DNA of 64,000 nucleotides from an uncultured Eubacteriales bacterium. Lineage in GTDB: Bacteria; Bacillota; Clostridia; Oscillospirales; CAG-272. The stretch covers positions 2,824-66,823 of the forward strand of contig CAKSZH010000010.1 of assembly GCA_934525675.1 (NCBI GenBank), given 5' to 3'. Below, one piece after another: positions 18,426 to 27,840 of this stretch; position 1 is the stretch's first letter; every line of letters begins with the position of its first letter. The position numbers were made by a program, and so were the translations under genes. The notes beneath the pieces were generated by a model, which did not search any database, was not told where the DNA came from, and worked only from the letters and a program-made list of their open reading frames with translations.

Positions 18426-19088
18426 ATGAAGAGAGCAGTCGTATTTGACATGGACGGTGTTGTTTTCGACACCGAACGCATCTACCGCATGGCGTGGCGC
18501 CGGGCGGCGGACGACCTCGGCGGAATCCCGGAAATTGACGCGGACATCCGCGTCTGCACGGGCAGAAACAACGCGGACATCGGCACGTATTTTCACGGGA
18601 AATACGGGAAAGAGTTTCCCTATGAAACGCTTATGGCGCGCCGCTCGGTACACATTGATGAGTATATCCGGGCAAACGGACTCCCCTTCAAGCCCGGCGT
18701 GCCTGAGATCTTTTCGTGGCTGCACGGAAACGGCTTTCTCGTCGCCCTTGCCACCTCCACCAATCAGAAGAGAGCGGGGGAGTATCTGGAACGTGCAGGA
18801 CTCGGGGATTCGTTTGACCGCGTTGTCACGGGCAACATGGTCGCCCACAGCAAGCCCAGCCCCGATATTTATCTGAAGGCTTGCGAGGAGCTCGGTGTTC
18901 TGCCGGAGGAGAGCGTTGCGGTGGAGGATTCCCCCAACGGGCTTCTGTCGGGGCACGCCGCAGGTATGACGACCGTCATGATTCCCGATCTCATTTCGCC
19001 AAAGGAGGTTCCCGCGGAAGCGGTTTCCTTCGTCTGCCGCGATATGGAAGCGCTCAAATCGGTGCTTCTGAAGCTGAATTGCAAATAG
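18426..19088 (+). CDS. HAD-superfamily hydrolase, subfamily IA (beta-phosphoglucomutase-like)
   Basis: Motif I FDMDGVVFDTE, and motif IV region VEDSPNG. Confidence 0.8.
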   Translation: MKRAVVFDMDGVVFDTERIYRMAWRRAADDLGGIPEIDADIRVCTGRNNADIGTYFHGKYGKEFPYETLMARRSVHIDEYIRANGLPFKPGVPEIFSWLHGNGFLVALATSTNQKRAGEYLERAGLGDSFDRVVTGNMVAHSKPSPDIYLKACEELGVLPEESVAVEDSPNGLLSGHAAGMTTVMIPDLISPKEVPAEAVSFVCRDMEALKSVLLKLNCK

Positions 19089-19120
19089 CCAAATCACACC
19101 ATAGAAAGGAACTGACCACC

Positions 19121-20506
19121 ATGATACTTGCAGAAAAGCTGTGCGAAGAGGTCCTCGGCGTTGCCGTGTCCACGGGCGCGGACTTTGCCGAGATCTATGC
19201 CGAGCACACCAGAAACGGGGTCGTACACTTCATTGACGGCAAAATCGACCAGATCGGCGATAATGTGTTGTCGGGCGTCGGCATCCGTGCGTTCCTCGGG
19301 ACCAGAACCGTCTTTGCCTCCACCTCCGACCTTTCGCGCGAGGGACTTCTTGCCTGTGCCGCGTCGGTCGCCGGGGTCATCGGAGAATCGAAAAAACAGG
19401 TGCAGATCCACCTGACCGAGCGCATTTTTCCGAACATTCACCCCGTGAAGATCGTTCCCGGGAGCGCGGACATGAAACAGAAGATCGACCTGCTCAAGAG
19501 CGGTTGCTTTGCCGCAAAAGAGTACAGCTCCGAGATCAGCCAGGTCTCCGGCAACCTTGTGACGGTCGATCACACCATTCTTGTTGCCAACACCGAGGGA
19601 CTTTACACCTCCGACCGGCATATCCGCACCCGGATGGGCATCAGCGCAGTCGCGTCTGCCGGCGGAGAGGAGCAGACCGGTTTTGAGGCGCCCGGCAGAG
19701 GTATGGGACTTGAGGTGTTCGATCTCATTTCCCCCGCAGAGATCGGAAAGACCGCCGCGGCGCAGGCGGTGACCAACCTGCATGCCGCATACTGCCCCGC
19801 GGGACAGATGACGGTCGCCATTGACAACGGTTTCGGCGGTGTCATTTTCCACGAGGCTTGCGGACATTCGCTGGAGGCGACGGCGGTCGGCGTCGGCGCA
19901 TCCCAGATGTGCGGCAAGATGGGACAGATGATCGCAAATCCCAAGGTGACCGCCGTGGACGACGGCACCATCCCCGGTGCGTGGGGTTCGGTCAACATCG
20001 ACGACGAAGGGCACCCGACCGAGAGGAACGTCCTCATCGAAAACGGCGTTCTGAAGAGCTATCTGGTTGACCGCCTCGGCTCCCGCCGCATGGGAATGCC
20101 CATGACGGGAAGCGGCAGACGGCAGGGCTACCTCTATGAGGCGACCTCGCGTATGACCAATACCTTCATCTGCCCCGGAACCGACCGGAACGAAGACATC
20201 ATCGCGTCGATGGAGAACGGACTTTACTGCAAGTCCATGGGCGGCGGCTCGGTCAATCCGCTGACGGGTGAATTCAACTTTGCCGTCACCGAGGGCTACC
20301 TCGTCAAAAACGGAAAGATTACGGAGGCGGTACGCGGCGCATCGCTGATCGGCACCGGCTCTCAGATTCTCAAGGACATCGACATGGTCGGCACGGAGCT
20401 TGCAACCGGGCAGGGCATGTGCGGCTCGACTTCGGGCAGTGTACCGACCGACGTCGGTCAGCCCCTGATCCGCGTTTCCAAAATCACGGTGGGAGGTCGT
20501 TCATAA
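19121..20506 (+). CDS. tldD: TldD family metalloprotease
   Basis: TldD/PmbA fold motifs (HEACGHSLE; C-terminal GMCGSTSGSVP). ATG 19121 is in frame with ORF 18881..20506. Confidence 0.9.
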   Translation: MILAEKLCEEVLGVAVSTGADFAEIYAEHTRNGVVHFIDGKIDQIGDNVLSGVGIRAFLGTRTVFASTSDLSREGLLACAASVAGVIGESKKQVQIHLTERIFPNIHPVKIVPGSADMKQKIDLLKSGCFAAKEYSSEISQVSGNLVTVDHTILVANTEGLYTSDRHIRTRMGISAVASAGGEEQTGFEAPGRGMGLEVFDLISPAEIGKTAAAQAVTNLHAAYCPAGQMTVAIDNGFGGVIFHEACGHSLEATAVGVGASQMCGKMGQMIANPKVTAVDDGTIPGAWGSVNIDDEGHPTERNVLIENGVLKSYLVDRLGSRRMGMPMTGSGRRQGYLYEATSRMTNTFICPGTDRNEDIIASMENGLYCKSMGGGSVNPLTGEFNFAVTEGYLVKNGKITEAVRGASLIGTGSQILKDIDMVGTELATGQGMCGSTSGSVPTDVGQPLIRVSKITVGGRS

Positions 20507-21849
20507 TGGATATCAGAATTCTGAAGGACGCGCTGGTGCGCGCCGCAAAAGAAGCGGGAATCACAGAATATGAGCTTTACTATGCCGAATCCGCAGACCT
20601 TTCCGCCGAGGCGCTGAAGGATGAAATCAGCAATTTTTCGTCGGGCGCCTCTGCCGGAATCAGCTTCCGGTGTAAAGTAGACGGGAAGATGGGCTACGCT
20701 TCCACGGAGCTTCTGACCGAGGAAGAGATGACGGAATTGGTCAGTCGCGCCGCCGCGAACGCAAGGAATATCGAAAACGAGGATGAGGTGTTCATTTTCC
20801 CCGGCTCTCCGAAGTACGGTACTCCGAATGCAAAGTTCTCAGAACCGGCGACTGCTGCCGAAGTCCGGGAGAACGTACTTTCGCTCCAGAAACAGCAGTA
20901 CGGCGCATCCGACATGGTGACGGACGGTACCAAATCCGGTGCATTTACCGGCACAACGGAGATCTATCTGTACAATTCCTACGGCTTGGAGCTTTCAAAC
21001 CGGGTTGGCGTCAGCGCGGCTTATGTTGCTCCGGTGCTTAAAAACGGAGAAGAGTCCGACAACGACTTTGATTTCGCCGTCGGTAAAACCGCCGCGGAGA
21101 TGGGCGACCTTGCTGCGCGCACAGTCGGACGCGTCAAGGAAAAATTCGGTGCCGGCAGCGTGGAATCCGGAAAGTACAATGTCGTATTCGACGGCGAATC
21201 CATGCGCGACCTGCTTGCAACCTTCTTCTCCGGATTCTCCGCGAAGAGCGCGCAGATGGGCTTGTCCCGCCTTGCGGGCAAGGAGGGGGAAAAGGTTGCC
21301 GCCGATTGCGTGACGATCACCGACGACCCCATGCGGGAAGGTTATCCCGCCCAGACCTCCTTTGACGGCGAGGGTGTCGCGGCATTCCGCAAGAACGTCA
21401 TCGAAAACGGCGTTCTCAAGACGCTCCTCTATGACCTGACGACCGCGAAGAAGGCGGGCAGGGAATCGACGGGCAACGGACTTCGCGGAAGCTACACCTC
21501 TTCGGTCAATATCAGTCCCTTCTGCTTCTGTCTCGAGCCCGGCAACAAGAGTGAGGAGCAACTGTTCTCCGCGGCTGGGGATGGTATCCTCATCACCGAA
21601 TTGAACGGACTTCATGCGGGAGCCGACGGTGTGACGGGCGATTTCTCGCTTCAGAGCGCCGGCTATCGTATCCGCGGAGGCAAGAAGGCGGAGTACGTCA
21701 AGGGCTTCACCGTTGCCGGCAACTTCTATGAACTGCTTCTCGGAATCACGGCGGTCGGCAACAAATTGAAATTCGGCATTCCCGCCTCCGTGACCGCGTT
21801 TGCCGCGCCGCCCGTGCTGGTTCCCGGCATGAGCATTGCGGGAAAGTAA
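20506..21849 (+). CDS. pmbA: PmbA/TldE family protein (TldD partner)
   Basis: TldD/PmbA family. Its ATG overlaps the tldD stop (TAATG), which suggests translational coupling. Confidence 0.85.
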   Translation: MDIRILKDALVRAAKEAGITEYELYYAESADLSAEALKDEISNFSSGASAGISFRCKVDGKMGYASTELLTEEEMTELVSRAAANARNIENEDEVFIFPGSPKYGTPNAKFSEPATAAEVRENVLSLQKQQYGASDMVTDGTKSGAFTGTTEIYLYNSYGLELSNRVGVSAAYVAPVLKNGEESDNDFDFAVGKTAAEMGDLAARTVGRVKEKFGAGSVESGKYNVVFDGESMRDLLATFFSGFSAKSAQMGLSRLAGKEGEKVAADCVTITDDPMREGYPAQTSFDGEGVAAFRKNVIENGVLKTLLYDLTTAKKAGRESTGNGLRGSYTSSVNISPFCFCLEPGNKSEEQLFSAAGDGILITELNGLHAGADGVTGDFSLQSAGYRIRGGKKAEYVKGFTVAGNFYELLLGITAVGNKLKFGIPASVTAFAAPPVLVPGMSIAGK

Positions 21850-21871
21850 ATTATTTTGGTGTATCCCCACG

Positions 21872-21906
21872 GTGCGCCGCGCGTTCTGACGCGCGGCGCA
21901 CTTTTG
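21872..21906 (+). terminator. terminator after pmbA
   Basis: gtgcgccgcgcg-ttctga-cgcgcggcgcac followed by ttttg. Confidence 0.75.
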
Positions 21907-21950
21907 CGGATTCTTTTGGAAGTCTCGGTCAAAAATCTTGCGTTTCGTAC

Positions 21951-21979
21951 TTGATAATAAAAAATATTTGTGATATAAT
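21951..21979 (+). promoter_or_regulatory. sigma-A-type promoter upstream of exonuclease gene
   Basis: TTGATA - 17 nt - TATAAT, with a ~115-nt GC-rich leader containing two short hairpins. Confidence 0.55.
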
Positions 21980-22102
21980 CAATGAAGATTGTGTTCACGG
22001 AGCGGCATTTTCCGAAGAAGTGCGGCACCGCGCAAAGCATAACCCCGCATTCATGCGGGACGGCGGCTTTCCGCCGGGATACAGATACACGGAGGCTCTT
22101 TT

Positions 22103-23227
22103 GTGGAAAACTCAATGAAGCTCCGGTCCGGGAAAGTAATCCCGCAGGTCCGGAAGACAGATGCCGAGAAAAAGAATTATCTGACGGGCGCCATGCTCGA
22201 TATGATGCACCTGATGCCGAAGGGTGACCCGATCGGCTACGATCTTTCGGAGAGCGGAGAAACCGAATTCTTTTATGATCCGGAGCGCGTCACCGTTGCG
22301 CCGGTCGGTCGCTGGAACCGTCCCGAGCCCGCCGTGGCAGAGCCGGAGGAGGAACCGCTCCCCGAGCTTCCCATGAATGACCCCATCACATTGGAATCCG
22401 GAAATGAGATCGGCAGACTGAACGTCCGCCGCGCGGCGCAACTGGGGCTTTACTCGGGGGAGCGCCTTGCCGCCATGCACTACGAGACGGCGGAGGAGCC
22501 GCGCGCGTATTACAAAAAGAGCGACGGAACGCTCGTATACCTCTACGACCGCCGCACGGCGTCCCGCCTGCCGCTTCCGTGCGCCAAGTGCGGAAAGGGC
22601 GAGCGCTACCGCCACAAGCTCTGCCGCGCCTGCTATGAGGAAGAAATGGCGGTCCGCCGTGCCGAGGGCGACGCGCACCGCGCGGAGCATTACCACATGC
22701 AAAGAGAGCGTGTGCTCTTCTTTGACCTTGAACTGACGGGTATTTACGACCACGACGAGATCCTTTCCATTTCCATTGTGGACGCGACCGGAAAGGTCAT
22801 CATGGATACCCTGATCCGTCCGACGCACAATAAGCGCTGGAAGCGTACCGAGAAAATCCACGGTATCACCCCCGATATGGTGGTCGATGCTCCCACGCTT
22901 GCCGAGGTCACTCCCCGCGTCAAGGAGATCTTCGCCGGTGCGGACAACCTCATTGCTTACGGCGTTTCCACGGATTACAGCCACATCAAGTACATCTACG
23001 ATACCGAAGCGGAAAGGGAAGCGCTCCATCGTAAGACGCGTTGCTGCGCCAATGAATTCGTCCGCTATGCCCACGAGCATTGCCCCGATCTCATGCATAT
23101 GTCCCTGACCGACGCCATGGCGCATTTTGAGGTCGCGTGGGACGGCGTTGCCCATTCCTCAATCGCCGACACCATCGGCTGTATGAAGGTCTGGGAGAAG
23201 CTGTTCCCCAATTACTACGACAACTGA
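22103..23227 (+). CDS. DEDDh (DnaQ-like) 3'-5' exonuclease with unknown ~200-aa N-terminal region
   Basis: C-terminal half carries Exo I FFDLELTG, Exo II AYGVSTDYSHI and Exo III HSSIADT. N-terminal half has no motif I recognise apart from CAKCG..x11..CRAC. GTG 22103 follows ggagg; ATG 22115 is an alternative start. Confidence 0.75.
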   Translation: MENSMKLRSGKVIPQVRKTDAEKKNYLTGAMLDMMHLMPKGDPIGYDLSESGETEFFYDPERVTVAPVGRWNRPEPAVAEPEEEPLPELPMNDPITLESGNEIGRLNVRRAAQLGLYSGERLAAMHYETAEEPRAYYKKSDGTLVYLYDRRTASRLPLPCAKCGKGERYRHKLCRACYEEEMAVRRAEGDAHRAEHYHMQRERVLFFDLELTGIYDHDEILSISIVDATGKVIMDTLIRPTHNKRWKRTEKIHGITPDMVVDAPTLAEVTPRVKEIFAGADNLIAYGVSTDYSHIKYIYDTEAEREALHRKTRCCANEFVRYAHEHCPDLMHMSLTDAMAHFEVAWDGVAHSSIADTIGCMKVWEKLFPNYYDN

Positions 23228-23287
23228 TATCCGGCGGACGGGTCTCCCTTTGCCCCGAATCCGTCAGAAGACAAGGAGGATACGCCA

Positions 23288-23650
23288 ATGCCGTTTGATT
23301 ATCTGTTCGGACTTGATTCCGCTCCCCGTTCCGACGAGGAAAACGAGCTTCTCATCACCGTGTTTGACAATGTTCAGCTTTGCATGATCCGAGGGATTCT
23401 GGAAGCCGAAAAGATTCCGTATCTCGTCAGAGAGCGGGGAAGCGGAAGCGCGGTCAAGATCATCTCCGGCTTTTCTCTGTACGGCTCCGACGTGTTTGTG
23501 GAAAAGAGTTGTATCGAGCGCGCAAGAGATCTGATCGACGCATATGTGAGCGCACCGGACGCGGAAGAGACGGACGTGCTTCCGGAAACGGATCCGGAAG
23601 AGTTTCCGGATGGGGAGGACACCCCTTCCGACGAAGAAGAAAACCGATAA
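23288..23650 (+). CDS. DUF2007-like small protein with acidic tail
   Basis: LITVFDNVQLCMIRGILEAEKIPYLV resembles the putative signal-transducing DUF2007 fold. C-terminal tail is Asp/Glu-rich. Confidence 0.5.
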   Translation: MPFDYLFGLDSAPRSDEENELLITVFDNVQLCMIRGILEAEKIPYLVRERGSGSAVKIISGFSLYGSDVFVEKSCIERARDLIDAYVSAPDAEETDVLPETDPEEFPDGEDTPSDEEENR

Positions 23651-23668
23651 CGGATCGGAAACAGATAT

Positions 23669-24847
23669 ATGAAAGAAATTCTGCTTTGCAAATACGGGGA
23701 GATCGTGCTCAAGGGCGCGAACCGCTCCTACTTTGAGGACGCGCTCTGCCGCGAGGTCCGCCGCCATGTTGCCCCTTACGGCAATTTTGAGGTGCGCCGT
23801 GCCCAGAGTACCGTTTATATTGAACCGCTTGAAGATGACGCGGACATTGACGGCGCACTGGCGTCCGCCTGCCGCGTGTTCGGCATTGTCGGCGTGGACC
23901 GCTGTGCGGTTGCCGAAAAGAATATGGAAGACATCCGCCGCGTTGCCGGGGAATATCTGCCCGCGTTCCTCCGCGGCTACCGCACCTTCAAGGTGGAGGC
24001 GAAGCGGTCGGATAAGCTGTTCCCGCTTGACTCCATGCAGATTTCCGCCGACATCGGCGGCGTTCTGCTCGGCGCCTGCCCGTGGCTCCGTGTCAATGTA
24101 CACGAACCGGACGTGACGGTGCGCGTGGAGATCCGCGAGTACGGCGCTTATCTGCACGCGGGTCAGTTCAAGGGCGCCGGCGGTATGCCAGCGGGAACCA
24201 ACGGACGGGGACTTCTGCTTCTGTCCGGCGGCATTGATTCGCCCGTTGCCGGATACATGATGGCAAAGCGCGGCGTGCGTGTGGAGGCGATCCACTTTGA
24301 ATCTTTTCCCTATACCAGCGAACGCGCGAGGGAAAAGGTCCTGTCGCTTGCAAAACTGCTGACACCGTATACGGGGGACATGGACGTTCACGTCGTGTCG
24401 CTTACCCATATCCAGGAGGTGCTGGTCAAAACCTGCAACGAGGATTACTTCACACTGCTCCTCCGCCGCTTCATGATGACCATTGCCGACCGGATCGCCA
24501 AGAGACGCGGTTGCCGCGCCCTCATCACTGGCGAGAGCCTCGGGCAGGTCGCTTCCCAGACCATGCAGGCAATCGGTGTGACCGACTGTATGACCACGCT
24601 CCCCGTGTTCCGTCCGTGCATCGGAATGGACAAGGAAGAGATCGTACAGATTGCCAGGAAGATCGGCACCTATGATACCTCGATCCTGCCGTTTGAGGAC
24701 TGCTGTACCGTCTTTACGCCCAAACACCCCAAAACCAAGCCCGACCCCGAGAAGGTTGAGGCGGAAGAACAGAAGCTGGATTTTGAGGCGCTCGTCGAGG
24801 AAGCGCTGGAGACCAGATACTCCCACCACATCGACGCGCAGTACTGA
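23669..24847 (+). CDS. thiI: tRNA 4-thiouridine synthase ThiI
   Basis: N-terminal ferredoxin-like/THUMP region and PP-loop LLLLSGGIDSPVA. Confidence 0.93.
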   Translation: MKEILLCKYGEIVLKGANRSYFEDALCREVRRHVAPYGNFEVRRAQSTVYIEPLEDDADIDGALASACRVFGIVGVDRCAVAEKNMEDIRRVAGEYLPAFLRGYRTFKVEAKRSDKLFPLDSMQISADIGGVLLGACPWLRVNVHEPDVTVRVEIREYGAYLHAGQFKGAGGMPAGTNGRGLLLLSGGIDSPVAGYMMAKRGVRVEAIHFESFPYTSERAREKVLSLAKLLTPYTGDMDVHVVSLTHIQEVLVKTCNEDYFTLLLRRFMMTIADRIAKRRGCRALITGESLGQVASQTMQAIGVTDCMTTLPVFRPCIGMDKEEIVQIARKIGTYDTSILPFEDCCTVFTPKHPKTKPDPEKVEAEEQKLDFEALVEEALETRYSHHIDAQY

Positions 24848-24878
24848 CCGACCGTTATATTCAGAAGGAGTGAACCTG

Positions 24879-25436
24879 ATGAAATATTACCATATGACCA
24901 TTGCGGGACTGGAACGCGACCTGCCGCTCTGCCCCCTCAACGAGAATCTGATGATCGCGGGATTCGTGATCTTCGGCGATCCCGAGCTTACCACTGCCTG
25001 CGCCCGCCAGCTGCTTGACCGCGCACCGGCATACGATTACCTCCTGACCGCCGAGGCAAAGGGGATTCCGCTCATTCACGAAATGGCGCGTCTTGCCGGC
25101 AACCAGAAGTATTTTCTCGCGCGCAAGGCTCCCAAACTGTACATGACCGACTCGCTGCATGTCGCCGTCAAGTCCATCACCACGGCGAGAGAACAGCACC
25201 TGTACCTTGACGGCGCGGATGCCGCGCTGATGAAGGGCAAGCGCATCCTGCTTGTCGATGACGTGATTTCCACGGGAGAATCGCTTGCGGCGCTTGAGAA
25301 ACTGGTGGATGCCGCCGGCGGAAGTGTTGCCGGGCGCATGACCATCCTTGCCGAGGGCGACGCGCAGGAGAGAAAAGACATCATTTACCTTGAGAAACTT
25401 CCGCTGTTCGACAAAAACGGCGTGGCGATTCAGTAA
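24879..25436 (+). CDS. type I phosphoribosyltransferase (adenine/purine PRTase-like)
   Basis: PRPP-binding loop RILLVDDVISTGESL. ATG 24879 is in frame with ORF 24651..25436 and preceded by agaaggag. Confidence 0.75.
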   Translation: MKYYHMTIAGLERDLPLCPLNENLMIAGFVIFGDPELTTACARQLLDRAPAYDYLLTAEAKGIPLIHEMARLAGNQKYFLARKAPKLYMTDSLHVAVKSITTAREQHLYLDGADAALMKGKRILLVDDVISTGESLAALEKLVDAAGGSVAGRMTILAEGDAQERKDIIYLEKLPLFDKNGVAIQ

Positions 25437-25474
25437 AGCGAAAAGAAGAGACCATAGAAGAACGGAGAGAAAAC

Positions 25475-26764
25475 ATGGAAAGAACCTATATTTCCGATAT
25501 CGTACCCGGTTCGCGTTACCGCGTTTCCGGTTTTGTGGAAAACCTGCGCAACAAGCGCACGATGGCGTTCCTTGTCATCAAGGACATGAGCGGTAAGCTC
25601 CAGGTCACGGTGGAAAAGGAGAGCCATCCCGAGATTGCCGCGCTCATCGACACCCTGACCATTCAGTCGGTCATCACGGTCGAGGGCGAGGTCGTCAAGA
25701 ACGAATACGTCAAGATGGGCGGCATGGAAATGCTTCCCGATACCCTGATTGTGGAATCCATTGCCGATGCAATTCCGATCAAGGACGACTCCGAGATCGA
25801 CTCCAAGATGGACTTCCGCTGGATCGATATGCGCCGCGATCAGAATCACCTGATGATTAAGCTCCAGACGACCCTGACTGCCGCATTCCGCGAATTCCTG
25901 CTTGCACATCGCTTTGTCGAGATCCATACGCCGAAGCTCATCGGCGCGGCAAGCGAATCCGGCTCCGAGGTGTTTGAGGTCAAGTACTTTGATACCAAGG
26001 CGTACCTTGCGCAGTCGCCGCAGTTCTACAAACAGATGGCAATGGCATCGGGACTTGATCGTATTTTTGAGTCCGGTCCCGTGTTCCGTGCTGAAAAATC
26101 CTACACCAACAAGCATGCGACCGAGTTTACCGGCTTTGACCTGGAATTCAGCTATGTGTACTCCTGCGAGGAGGTTATGCACATGGAGGAAGAGCTTCTC
26201 GCTTACGCGTTCGCGAAGGTCGCAGAAGCGCACGGTGAAGAGGTGGAACGCCTGTTCGGCAAAAAGGTCATCGTTCCGACGGTTCCGTTTCCGCGTATTA
26301 AACTGAAGGACCTTTATGCAGAGCTGGAAGCGCGTTACGGCTACACCGTTTCCGACGAGGCAAAGGGCGACCTGACCACCGATGCCGAGCATCTGTGCGA
26401 AAAGTTCGCAATGGAGAAATACGGCAGTGAGTTTTTGTTCGTGACCGATTACGACGCCAAGGAGCGTGCGTTCTACCATATGCGCGACAAGGACGGCGTG
26501 CCGATGGGCTACGACCTGATCTGGCGTGGCTGTGAAATCACGACCGGCGCGGTCCGAGAACACCGCTATGAGGTGCTCAAGAAACAGGCGGAGGAGAAGG
26601 GGCTTTCAAATGACGTTGCGTTCTACCTCCAGTTCTTCCGTTACGGCTGCCCGCCGCACGGTGGCTTCGGTCTCGGTCTTGACCGCCTGACCATGCTCTT
26701 CTTAGGGCTTTCCATCAAGGAAGCGGAATTCCTCTTCCGGGGCCCTAATCGCCTGACTCCGTAA
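25475..26764 (+). CDS. aspS: aspartate--tRNA ligase, type 2 (archaeal-like, ~430 aa)
   Basis: Class II aaRS with N-terminal OB domain, motif 2 FRAE and motif 3 GGFGLGLDRL. The C-terminal ..GPNRLTP ending and the size fit type-2 AspRS. Asp versus Asn specificity cannot be proven from sequence alone. Confidence 0.8.
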   Translation: MERTYISDIVPGSRYRVSGFVENLRNKRTMAFLVIKDMSGKLQVTVEKESHPEIAALIDTLTIQSVITVEGEVVKNEYVKMGGMEMLPDTLIVESIADAIPIKDDSEIDSKMDFRWIDMRRDQNHLMIKLQTTLTAAFREFLLAHRFVEIHTPKLIGAASESGSEVFEVKYFDTKAYLAQSPQFYKQMAMASGLDRIFESGPVFRAEKSYTNKHATEFTGFDLEFSYVYSCEEVMHMEEELLAYAFAKVAEAHGEEVERLFGKKVIVPTVPFPRIKLKDLYAELEARYGYTVSDEAKGDLTTDAEHLCEKFAMEKYGSEFLFVTDYDAKERAFYHMRDKDGVPMGYDLIWRGCEITTGAVREHRYEVLKKQAEEKGLSNDVAFYLQFFRYGCPPHGGFGLGLDRLTMLFLGLSIKEAEFLFRGPNRLTP

Positions 26765-26770
26765 TTTTCG

Positions 26771-26806
26771 GGACTGCCGCTATGCGGCAGTCCTTTTGTG
26801 TTTTTT
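26771..26806 (+). terminator. terminator after aspS
   Basis: ggactgccgc-tat-gcggcagtcc followed by ttttgtgtttttt. Confidence 0.8.
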
Positions 26807-26937
26807 AGTTTCCCCGCGGCGGCTTGGGGGTGCCCGCCGCCAGTCCCCTCCGCAGGCTTCGCCGCGTCGGGGACGGCGGATCCCCCCCGCGCCGCCGTTG
26901 TTTTTCCTCCGAAACGATGTATTTTTCGGTTATCATA

Positions 26938-26966
26938 TTGACGAATTGAAAATATAGTACTATAAT
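26938..26966 (+). promoter_or_regulatory. sigma-A-type promoter of DUF975 gene
   Basis: TTGACG - 17 nt - TATAAT. Confidence 0.55.
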
Positions 26967-26998
26967 GAAATCGTTGACCGGGAAACCGGCGCAAAAAT

Positions 26999-27610
26999 AT
27001 GGAGGTTATGGTTATGACATCAAATTCTGAGCTTCGCGCAAGAGCGCGTCAGCAGCTTGGCGGAAACATCTTCAGTACGAACTGGCTGATGGGTCTCGTC
27101 GTGGTATTGATTTCCGGTGCAATTCTCGGCGCACTGTCCTTTACCGTCGTCGGTTCTCTGATCCTGACAGGTCCGATTATGGTCGGTGTCAGTCTTGTGT
27201 TTGTGTCCCTCGCACGCGGCAAGGGCAAGGTGGATTTCATGGATCTGTTTGTCGGCTTCCGCGAAAGCGACAGCATCGGCAACCGCATTCTGACCGGTCT
27301 TCTGACCTCGGTTTTCACTTTCCTGTGGTCTCTCCTTTTCGTGATCCCGGGTATCGTGAAGTTTTACTCTTACTCCATGGCACTGTACATCAGCATGGAT
27401 CATCCCGATTGGGACTGGAAGAGATGCATTGACGCAAGCAAGAAGGTCATGAATGGCAAGAAGGGCAAACTCTTCTGCCTCGATCTCAGCTTCATCGGCT
27501 GGATGATCGTCGGCTCCCTTGCGTTCGGTGTCGGTACCCTGTGGGTCGCCGCTTATATGCAAAGCGCACGTGCAAACTTCTACGAGGACATCAAGGCGGA
27601 GATCGCCTGA
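26999..27610 (+). CDS. DUF975 family integral membrane protein
   Basis: N-terminal LRARARQQLGGNIFSTNWL plus four or five TM segments, typical of DUF975. Confidence 0.7.
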   Translation: MEVMVMTSNSELRARARQQLGGNIFSTNWLMGLVVVLISGAILGALSFTVVGSLILTGPIMVGVSLVFVSLARGKGKVDFMDLFVGFRESDSIGNRILTGLLTSVFTFLWSLLFVIPGIVKFYSYSMALYISMDHPDWDWKRCIDASKKVMNGKKGKLFCLDLSFIGWMIVGSLAFGVGTLWVAAYMQSARANFYEDIKAEIA

Positions 27611-27620
27611 ATCCATTTTG

Positions 27621-27657
27621 AAAACCCTGCCGCCTTCTGGCGGCAGGGTTTTGTTTT
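27621..27657 (+). terminator. terminator after DUF975 gene
   Basis: accctgccgcc-ttct-ggcggcagggt followed by tttgtttt. Confidence 0.8.
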
Positions 27658-27724
27658 GACGGTTTAATGCCATAATCTTCCTGATCGTTCCAGATATTAC
27701 CGTCTTCGGAAATCGGGTAAATGA

Positions 27725-27754
27725 TTGACAGCCCTCCCGCCCGTGTTATATAAT
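27725..27754 (+). promoter_or_regulatory. sigma-A-type promoter of CHAP hydrolase gene
   Basis: TTGACA - 18 nt - TATAAT. Confidence 0.5.
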
Positions 27755-27840
27755 GGTTACACAAGAAAATCACAACCGGTGTGAGCAAACTTGTAAGTCC
27801 GCCCGGGTGTCCCCGCGTTGTCTGCCGGATTCCGGAAGCC

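Noticed and set aside
21982-22227. 81-aa ORF starting right after the promoter at 21951 and overlapping the exonuclease gene start.
   Set aside because: It has no RBS, is Arg/Cys/Pro-rich and overlaps a better-supported CDS in another frame. It is more likely a 5' leader.
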